A DNA stretch of 64,000 nucleotides from assembly GCA_016748015.1 (NCBI GenBank), contig JAAOMT010000088.1:1-64000 (forward strand), read 5' to 3'. Below the pieces are notes generated by a model that made no database searches, was not told the origin of the DNA, and saw only the letters and a list, made by a program, of their open reading frames with translations. Numbering within the stretch: the first letter of the stretch is position 1; every line of letters starts with the position of its first letter. The position numbers were made by a program, and so were the translations under genes. Source of the stretch: Geosiphon pyriformis uo1 (lineage: Eukaryota; Fungi; Glomeromycota). This document shows positions 24,101 through 34,240 of this stretch, one piece after another.

Positions 24101-27100
24101 AATGAAGCCACCCAAGAAAATGTCCGCCAAATGAAAGAAGCTGAATATATTAAGTATATTATAGAATTAGCTGGATTTAATTATGAAGATAAAGTAAAAA
24201 CCTACCACCAAATTGCAAACCACACATATCTGACCAAAGAAGCTCAAATTCAACGATTAGAGCAAATGAACATTCAATTGTGTGAAGAATGTGTTATGCT
24301 TTGTGATGACCAATGGTGTTTAGAATGTTATGCTTTTAGCATTTTTCTGCCAGATGAGAATGATGAAAATGAAATTGAATTTGGAGTATCTGAACTAGTA
24401 GAAGAACTACCAACCACCCTCATCTATCTTTTTGAAAAGCAACCACCTCTACAACTTAAATATTTTGACAACCATGGCCAAGGAATTAGACCAGAAAAAG
24501 CACACGAAATTGATGCTGGATATAATCTAAGATACCCAGGAAAAGATATTTTGGTTCTCCAACCAAAGTCCTTGACAAAAATCAATCTCAAAATTGTTCT
24601 TGAAATTCTACCAGGAGCAATGGTTCAAATTGTCTTCAGATCATTATTGTCAAGCAAAGGAATCAATATTAGAGGAGGAGTTATAGATGCAGGATACACT
24701 GGAGACATTACCATCATGTTACAGAATGAGACAGACAAACCATTCAAAATTGAACATGCTGAAAAAATTGCTCAAGCAATTTACTTACTCTTAATCAACA
24801 TTTCGGGTTTACAATCAGTAAACAACAGAGAACAATTGGGAAAAAATAAAAGAGAAACTCAAGGTTTTGGTTCAACTGGACGATTTACAGTTCCAGTAAA
24901 CATAGCTCTTAATACACAAAATGAATCTCACCAGATTCTTCAACTTCCCCAGCCAATTACCATTTCACCTTTTAGAGAACATCACGAAATTTACACTTGC
25001 TCAAAACTCACTACTACACAACAAATCTTTGAATCCAATAAACAAATCTGTTTAAAGCATGAAATCTCAATTCCCAACGTTTATATTTCCAAAGGAATGA
25101 AAAAATTTCAAGTTACATTCTACAATCCCAATAATTACCCTATTGTCTTATTAAACAAACTAGAGATTGGAATCATACACAGCAATATTTTTCAAGATGA
25201 AAACTCTCAAATTGTCTCTAATTTCATCAAAATTGTAAGACACACTCTACTCTCAAATCCAAATATCATTCCCACTACTGAAAACTACCACTTTTTAGAA
25301 GAAAAACTCTCTTGGATCAACATAGGTCTCTTAGAACTTTAACAACAAAGACAATTGAAACAATTGATAGCTGAATTTGCAGATATATTTGCAAAAGACA
25401 ACAATGACTTGGGAAAAACGGACATTGTTCAACATCAGATCCATACAAGAGATGCTCCACCAAAACGTCAACAAGCTTATCAAGTGCCACCTGCCAGCCA
25501 CCAATTCATCAGAGAAGAGGTCCAAAAAATGCTCAATAATGGATTGATTCAACCATCAAAAAGTTCTTGGGCCTCACCAGTAGTTTTAGTTAAAAAGAAA
25601 AACGGAAAAATCAGATTCTGTGTTAATTATAGACAACTGAATAGTGTTATAATTGGAGATGCCACCCTCTTCCAAGAATTGATGACATGCTAGATGCTCT
25701 AGGAAAAGCCAAGTTCTTCTCAACTTTAGACTTGGAAAGTGGATACTGGCAAGTCAAAATGGACCCAAAGACTGACCCAAGACAGCATTTACCACCCAGA
25801 GAGGAAACTATGAATTTAATGTTATGTCTTTTGAACTCTGCAATGCACCAATAGCATTTCAGCGACTCATGGATGTTGTATATAAAGGACTCTTGTGGCA
25901 ATTAGTAGTTGTCTATCTTGATGACACTGATGTATACTCATCAAGCTTTGAGACTTATCTTATTTACCTGTGAGAAGTTTTTCAATGATTATGGAAAGCA
26001 AAATTAAAGTTAAACATTGAGAAATGTCATTTTGAAAAAACAAGCTTGATCTTTCTTGAACACATAGTTAGTAAAAATGGAGTCAAACCAAATTCAGGAA
26101 CAATCAGTGCTGTCAAAAACTTTCAAACCCCCAGAAATACTACAGAACTAAGAGGATTTGTAAAATTAGCCTCTTACTATCAAAAATTCATAAAAGAATT
26201 CTCAGAAATTGCCAAACTATTCAATTATCTTATTAACAAAAACATACCATACAAATGGACTGAAGAACAACAAAATTGACAACAGCCCCAGTTCTTGCTT
26301 ACCCAGACTTCAACAAATGATTCCAATTAGCCATTGATGCTTTACACATAGCATTTGGTGTCATCTTATCACAATTGGATGAAAATGACCAGGAACAAGT
26401 TATTGCCTATGCCAGCAGAACTCTTAAGCCAACAGAACTCAAATATGGCTCAACTGAATTGGAAGCTGCTGCAGTCATCTGGGCTCTCAAACACTTTCAA
26501 CAATATCTGAAAAATGGAAAAAAATTTGACATAATAACTAACAATATTGGCCTCAAATAGCTTAATAAAAAGAAAACTGAACAAAGTGCCAAACAGTCTC
26601 AATGGAATGACTTCTTAACAGACTACAGATATATTGTACATCACAAACCAGGAAAACTACACACCAATGTTGATAGCCTCTTAAGAATGAGACAATATTA
26701 ATACCAACATCAACACCAACAAAACACCAACAAATTTAACAGCAGAACAAACAATGAGATCAACAACAATAGATCCAGAAAACTACAACAACATTAAAAA
26801 CTATTTGAAGACTCTCACCATGCCAGAAAATTGGTCTCCAAGTAAAAAACATCAATTACAACACCAATCCAAACAATATTTTATACACCATAACAAAATA
26901 TATTACAAAAATCATAAAAACCCAAACCAACCACTCAGATTAGTACAGGAAAATGAAAAAGAAACAATTCTATACAACATGTACACAAATTTTTCTTCAG
27001 CACACTTGGGAAGAGATGGAACAATTTAAAGAACTTTTGAACATTATTTTTGGCCTCACATGCAAAAAGACATTCGATAATATGTAGAATCTTATGATAG

Positions 27101-28150
27101 TTGTCAAAGAAAAGGAGAAACTTGTCCCACAGAACCTTTAAATCCAATCAAAGTTGGACAACCTTTTGACAGAGTTGGAATTGATTTAGTCGGATCATTA
27201 CTTATTACAATCCAAGGAAACCATTATATTGCAGTTGCAGTGGATTATCTTACTAAATGGCCTGAAGCTAGAACCATCCAAAGAACAGATGCAAAATCAG
27301 TAGCAAATTTCATCTATGAAGACATTATCTGTAGACATAGATGCCCAATTGAACTCTTATCTAATCAAGGAACACATTTTGTAAACAACTTGATACAAGA
27401 AATTTGTGAATGGTTTAATGTCAAAAGACTTCTATCATCACCTTATCATCCTCAAACAAATGGACTTGTAGAACATTTCAACAGAACATTGTGTGAATCT
27501 CTAGCCAAAGTCTCAACAGACTTTGAGCAGGAATGGGATATTTTTATTCCATTAGTGTTACTAGTATACAGAACACTAAAACAAAATACTACAAAACACA
27601 TACCATTTGATCTTACTTATGGAAGGACAGCAACATTACCAATTAATTTTACAGTAGAAACATACCCAGTGCAACCAATCAATGAAGAAAACTTTCAAGA
27701 AACACTCCAAAGAAGAGCCTACACTCTTTTTAGTACATTAGAAGGAAAAAAAAAATAGCAGCAACTCATATTGAACATTCCTAAGCTCAACAAAAAGAAA
27801 GACATGACAATAAACTACCACCTATTACCAATGAATTTAAAGTTGGAAATAAAGTTCTTTTACACAGAACTAAGGCTGAAAAACAATGAAGTGGAAAATT
27901 TGAAAACAAATGGGATGGATTATTTTATATTCACAAAATTCTAGACAATGAATCATACAAGTCAAGACTTGATGACAAAATACTAGCAAAAGTTGCACAT
28001 GGAAACAGATTGAAACACTATCATTCCAGAAACAATCCTGAACCATTAATTCCACAAATTGGTACACATTCCCCTTTAATTAATTCTGAAGATATTCCCC
28101 GAAATTTAGAACCAATAATTATAATAGAACAACAACCAAACTTGAACACT
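21119..28150 (+). pseudogene. gag-pol of D (gag, PR, Cys-rich domain, dUTPase, RT, RH, IN)
   Basis: CHYCGIPGHWKRDC at 22535-22576; IYLILDSG; AHEIDAGYNL, GGVIDAGYTGDI, KIAQ, RETQGFGSTG; FCVNYRQLN, YLDD; VIAYASR; DYLTKWPEA, YHPQTNGLVE. Knuckle, PR, dUTPase and start of RT share one frame. Confidence 0.93.
24450..24885 (+). CDS. dUTPase domain within ORF 23579..25342
   Basis: All five trimeric dUTPase motifs are recognisable: DAGYNL, RSLL (RSS), GGVIDAGYTG, KIAQ, RETQGFGSTG. Confidence 0.93.
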
Positions 28151-28296
28151 TAAATTTTACAATAATTCTCTAATAAACACAAAGACAAAAATAGTAAATA
28201 AATTACAAAAACACCTAAACCCAAAAACAAATAAAAACTCCATATTCCAAAAATAATTTTCTTTATTCTTTCTTTTCATAGTTAGTCAATTTTATC

Positions 28297-28965
28297 ATGA
28301 TTATTTCCCAAAATATTCAACAAATATTCCAAAAGTTAATGTTAGCATTGAAAACACTTCCTGACTTATCCATAACAATTAATGGAAGTCAAATTAATTA
28401 CATTCAGAAAGAAATCACAGTCCCAGTAGCAAATCATTCACAGAATTATCACCCCTATAGAAAAAAAACAAGAAGTTATTCTGAAAATAGGTTACTAAGA
28501 CTTTTGAAGCAAGCACTAGAAGAAAATCTTTTAATTGCCCCTATTGACATTCCACCAAATGCTACAATGCAACAAAAACTTCTACTATTTCTCAATGAAC
28601 AGAACAATGAACACATCTCTATTTATAAATACTTTCACATTGGAAAGACACTTTATGAACGAAAAATGGAACTTAAAGCAACAAATCTCACTTCTGAAGC
28701 TATACAAAAACAAATCTACAATGAATTCAAAACAGCAGCTGGACCAACAAACACTTGCTACAAACTTAGAGCAGCTTTTAGACTCTATAATTTGTTTAAT
28801 ATTTGTGAAAATGTTCTTTAAAATCCAATACTGCAACCAATAAAAGTCCAATACATTGGCAAACTCACAGAACTAAAATTTCAACAATTTTCAGACCAGA
28901 TTACTTCAATTATTTTGGATCACTATCTCAATATTACAGATAGTGCTTGGACTTCGATGGAGCTT
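28297..28965 (+). pseudogene. 3' extra ORF (ORF3) of D
   Basis: 174-aa ORF continues past a single TAA (probably CAA) as NPILQPIKVQYIGKLTELKFQQFSDQI; homologous to ORF3 of A, B and C. Confidence 0.8.
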
Positions 28966-28984
28966 AGTCTTGAGGAGAAGATTA

Positions 28985-29947
28985 TGTTACCAGTAGAATT
29001 TTAGCTATTAATTAGCATAAAATTATCCTTATAAGTCCTATAATTAATTAGTATATTAATATTATTTCAAATTATCATTTATTATTTAATCAATTATCAC
29101 ATATCACGATTCAATTAAAATAATCTAATTAGTATAACAGAAAGTAGGATGATCAAATTACACAATACTTTGAACTTTGTAATATTCTAAAATTCGCCGA
29201 AATTTACAGAAATTTGCTGAGATTATGAATAGTTCACCTAAATTAATCAATAGTTCAGCAAAATAACTTGTAGTTTATCAAAATGTATCTTTAGTTCACC
29301 AAAGAAAAAAAGTGCAAGTTCATAGACTAGTACTATAACAAATTGTATAAATGAAGAGCTTTTCTCTTCAAAAAAATGTATCTTATTTTAAATTTATCAC
29401 TTAGAACCATTCCTATACACACAAAAAGAAATAAATATCAAATAAATTGAAAAACCAAATTCTTTAATTATTGCACTTGGAAAATCCCCAAAAACCCAAC
29501 TAACGTTTTAAAATTAATTAGCTATCAATTTCAGTAAACTGTTAATGACTCCAGGCCTGGATAGAAAACGTTCCCTTGATAAAATTCTATTTCTTTTACA
29601 TTTTTTTTATTTTTCTTTTCTTTTCTTATTACAATCATTAGGATAGCCTACAGACAAGATTTCTGTAAAAGAGTGGACTTTCACAGCAAAATAACTACGC
29701 ATTTTTTTAGTGAGCTTCCAAATGAACAATTCCTGGAAAAGAGTTGATGTTTACTACAACGTAACTACATAAAGTAACTAGCAAGGAATTGGCCATTCCA
29801 CTTATAAGCCCAGCAAGTTCAAATTATAAAAGATAATTTGAAGATAAATTCAGTTATTGGAGGTTCAACTACTTCTAAAAAACATGAATTTGCAACCAAC
29901 AGACATTTACAATATTCAAAAAAAGAGACCAAAAACCTCCAGTAACA
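28985..29947 (+). repeat. 3' LTR of D
   Basis: TGTTA...TAACA followed by TSD CCAG. Confidence 0.94.
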
Positions 29948-30672
29948 CCAGGAATTTTAAGATTCTCATATAAAAAATCACAGGATTCTAAAATTCCAGG
30001 ATTCCTCTCAAAGGAATTGTAGAATTCCAGAAATTTCAAAATTCCTGGTATAAAGAATCAAGAAATTGAAGAATCTTAATTATGTATATATAGCAGTAGC
30101 ATTAGAAGTAGAAAGGACAGATCTTTCAGTTTAGATTTTATCTAAGCAATCTTTCAATTCACAAATATTAATAAATAATTATTTGTTATCGTAATTTACT
30201 CTCCACTATCAACACTTTATGTTGATAGTAATTAATACTTAACCATACTGAAACAATAACTCTTGATCACAGCTATTAATAGAATATTAACATTTATTGT
30301 CTTGGCTTATTTCTTTCTTTTTCTTTTATCTTCTTTTTTTTTCTTTTATTCTGTTATTTTTATTGTTGACTAATTAATTAAAGATTAAAGTACTGAGTTA
30401 TTAATGTCAAGAATTGTCTGATAAAAAACCTTTGTGAGTGAATAGAACACATAAAAATATAGATTGCTTATTAGAAGATTGCTGGCCACTAAGCTGAGAA
30501 AAAAATTGACAAAATTGCAATTCTAAGAGACTATGAAAAACAACTATTAAATTTTTGTCCATTATACAAAGAACTCAACCAAAACCTTCAGATCATAACA
30601 ATCATATCAACTATTAGCACCAAGTTATGGGTTTGTTATTTGTTTTAACACCCCAAATAATCATCTGTAACA

Positions 30673-32227
30673 CTAGACAAGCAATTGGCACTTGTTTCTT
30701 TTTATATATATTAGCTAAACAAATCTGATCCTAAGAATTGACCACTTATTTATTATGACTATTCAAATTTTCACTTACTGAACACATACTAGAAACATAA
30801 TTAAATTGTTTGTACTAAGTACAACAAGCCAAAGAAAAACCAGTCTAGCACAAATTCACATTCTTAAAAACTAGAATAGAATTAATAATAGTTTTTTTGG
30901 ATGTTTTATCAGCAAAACAAACCATAGCACATTTGTTATACACATATAAACTTGGATTGTAACTAATAGAACAAGTTTTTCTACCATACAATTTTAGCAA
31001 ATCAGAAAAATTATGAGTAGTAATATTTATTAGCAAAATATACAACAAAACTTAATAAAAATTTCTAGATATTTATAATTGTTTATTATTAACAGCCAAT
31101 ACTATATGTACAGAATTTTTTTTTATGAAAACAACTATTTAAAAGCAATCAAACTAACAATATTAAAAGATTCAAACTCTACTAAAGTTTTTTGCCAAAG
31201 ACTAATCAGCTGTATTTTGATTAAAATTATTTTACCAAATTTAAAAAACACAAACTTTACAGCTAATTTGAGAAAATTGATCAGAATTTTTTTAACAACT
31301 ATTACTTGATTTATATGACTGTTTGGTTTTTTAATATTATTGTTTACCAAGATTTTTTTACTAACAGCCATTTTTTTTGCTTTGCTAAAACTTAATTCAG
31401 AAATAAAAATAGATTTAATAATGTCTAAAAACTTTGAAAAAGTCAACACTTCTCCAAAACTGTTAATATAATAAAAATTTTTTTTAATAAACAACAACTT
31501 ATTCCCAAAAGTCTTGTTAGATATTGCAGAAAGTTCAACATTCAGTACAAAAAATTTCCTTAAACTAAAACTCTTAATTTTTTTATTATGTAACTTAGCT
31601 AATAGCAATTTTTTTGAATCTATAAACTTAGGTGCTGAAAGTACTAACTTGATATTATTATCATTCAAATTTTTAAAAAAGAACACATTTGGTGATTGCC
31701 CCAAGACATATGTTCTTATTTGTATTTTCTTTGGAATTTATTGTCTATTATGTTATCTATATTAAAAGTATTAAAATTAATGTAACTTATTTCTTTAGCA
31801 ATTGTGTTTTTTATGTTTTTTATGTTTAATACTTTACTAATACTGGTTTTTTCACTATCTATCTTATTATTTCAAAAATTTTTGTGTCTATCTACATTAG
31901 TTAGCAATATGTTAACAAATAAAAAGCCAGCCAACAATTTCACTATATTACTAGGCATTTCAGGTTTTTTGGCTTTTTATATAAAAAACTACAAAAGTAT
32001 ATACTCTTAACTTATACTTTTTTTTATTATCAAATTGAGTTTCCAATTCAGCTAAACCAGAACCAAAATTACCAGCAAAAAAGTCTACAAATTCTATAGT
32101 AACAAATAGAGATATGATAAAAAAAATAACTGCAAAAACAAAAGGAAAAAAAGAGAAGAAAAAGTTATTACTTCAATAAATTTATGTTTTCATTATAATC
32201 AAAGATTAACAAAAAAAAAATATTTTT
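30673..32227 (-). mobile_element. LINE relic (5' end and ORF1), apparently the target of element A
   Basis: KFVFFKFGKIILIKIQLISLWQKTLVEF matches ORF1 of the LINEs at 41294 and 55083; the 5'-end motif lies near 32200. Confidence 0.8.
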
Positions 32228-32230
32228 CAT

Positions 32231-32431
32231 GCCAGATTGAGTCTTTAACTCAGTCAAACCAGAATTAAAATTTTTAACAAAAAAGTCTACTGGTTTTATA
32301 ACAATAAAAAAAAATGGTTTAAAAAAAATAACTGCAAAAACAGAAGAGAAAAGAGAAAAAAAATCTTATTTTTTCAATTATTTTATGCTTTTACTGTAAC
32401 TAAAAAATCAATAAAAAAAAGAGTTTTTTTT
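32231..32431 (-). repeat. Second, tandem copy of the LINE 5'-terminal ~200 bp
   Basis: Diverged direct repeat of 32030-32227; matches the 5' end at 41294. Confidence 0.7.
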
Positions 32432-33013
32432 ATATTTTTCATATATTAGTTTTTACAATATTATAAAAATAACTAAAACAATAATCATTCTTAAAATTAG
32501 TCACAATTATTGTTGTTAAATTAATCATAATAGCAAAAACCCCAAATTTACAATTATTATCATAAATAAAACCAATTTAAAATTAATTATTGCTATTAGT
32601 TAAATAACTAATAATCAAAAAATTAATATTAAAACTCTAATTACAAAGTTTAAACTTCAAATTATAAATTAAAAACTTTATAAAAACATTATTAATTATT
32701 TCAATATTATATACTTATATCTTAACAACAATTAATTTACTTATTTTATTTTCAATTACAATTACAAATTATTTATTTACAATTATAAAAACTAGTACTA
32801 TAAGCACAATTACAACTATAACAATTATTTTTAATTTAAATCCAAAATTTAAGACTTAAAACTAGTTAGTAAAATTAATAATAACAATAATTACTTATCA
32901 ACTAATTTTTAATACTGCTAATTTATAAGTAAAAAATTATGCCAGAAATTTAAAAAACTTATAGTTTTAATTTCTGAATTTTTAAAACTATTTAAGTTTT
33001 TTTATTACAACTA

Positions 33014-34199
33014 CAAAGAGTGTTGAAAAGTTTTTAAACAAACTTTGAAGTAATATTTCACATGCTTGAATAATTAAAAAAATACAAGTTTATTACTAAA
33101 TTAAGTTAGTTAATTATTTAATTATGCATTTTTTATTTTTTAAATACACATATATAATGTTTTTTCATAATGTACATAATCAATTTTATTTATACTCATT
33201 TTTTTATAAAAATAAAATATAACATGCATATAAAATTTTTTTATTGTTTTTATTAAAACAAAATAGGAGCAAAAAAAAATTATCATTTATGTATTGCAAA
33301 TATATGAACTCTTTAAAAACAAAAAACAAAACAAACTATTTTTCTTAGAACTTTTCAGTATGCTTTTAAATCAGTTAGATTATAAAATTGCTATACAAAA
33401 AAAAAACCTTTAATTTTATTAGCAAACATAGCAGTATGTCTTACTTAATATATTAAACATCAAAATTGAACAAATCAAAAATGAATAAAAGTATTATAGA
33501 GTGATGAATCAACTTTTTCTCAATTTCAACACAATTGGTTTAGTAAAATATGACATAAACTATTTAAAGAATAACAATTGTTTTGTGTATTAGCAACAAT
33601 CAAATATAGTTCAAGTCAAATGTATTGGACTTGTTTTTTATGACAAAACATTAGACTAATTGTGTCATTATATCAAATAGTAAATGGTATTAAACATATT
33701 AAAATTTTTAATCATTATGTCTTACTAACTTTACAATACATATTTCTTAAAAATAATAAATAGTTTTAAGAAGATAATGCTACCTTTTATTAATTAAAAA
33801 CTGCCAAAAAATTTTCTAGCAAAAACAAGTTATGTATTTTTTCTTGGTCTTTTCAAAGTCCAGATCTTAATCCAATTGAAAATTTATGAGCTATAGTAAA
33901 ATGTAATATTCATAAAAAAAAAACCCACTAACTACTCTTAAAAAACTTGATAAATATATTAAAGAAACTTAAAAAGCAATTTTTAAATCAATGATTATAA
34001 AATTAGTTAATAGTATGCCTCAATGTATTCAAGCAGTAATTATAGCACAAAAAGAACCAACAAAATATTAAAAACTTAATAGAAAATTTAAAAAATTACT
34101 ATAAAATTATAAATATATTGTTTATTTTGTTTTATTTTATAAAAAAATAAATATTATTGTTAAATAAAATTTTGTTTGAAAACTTTTGAACATCTTTTG
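33014..34199 (+). mobile_element. Tc1/mariner DNA transposon (DD34E), degenerate
   Basis: ~33-bp imperfect TIRs flanked by TA on both sides; L*SDES at ~33495-33510; EDNA (D at 33773); WSFQSPDLNPIENL* (E at 33878, 34 residues between D and E). Confidence 0.9.
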
Positions 34200-34240
34200 T
34201 AAAATTTAATAATTTAATCACAATAATAATAATAACAACA

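Larger units (their letters stand above)
20111..29947 (+). mobile_element. Full-length Ty3/Gypsy element D with dUTPase, the best-preserved Gypsy here
   Basis: 963-bp LTRs 20111-21073 and 28985-29947; perfect TSD CCAG; PBS TGGTGCTCTCCCACAG at 21076-21091; PPT at ~28972-28984. Confidence 0.95.
651..30672 (+). mobile_element. Ty3/Gypsy LTR retrotransposon A: 5'-truncated, degenerate, interrupted by elements B, C and D
   Basis: gag-PR-Cys-rich-dUTPase-RT-RH-IN order is continuous once the inserts are removed (e.g. FNY|TVHYKKGK across C). PPT at 19905-19919; 3' LTR starts TGTTA (19920) and ends TAACA (30672). Confidence 0.9.
19920..30672 (+). repeat. 3' LTR of A, split by element D (parts 19920-20110 and 29952-30672)
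   Basis: TGTTA start after the PPT; a GGAATT/GGATTC tandem array continues on both sides of D; TAACA end; matches the solo LTR at 60665-61461. Confidence 0.88.

Noticed and set aside
28297-28965. ORF3 as an envelope (env) gene
   Set aside because: Right position, but short, with no signal peptide, fusion peptide or transmembrane anchor visible.
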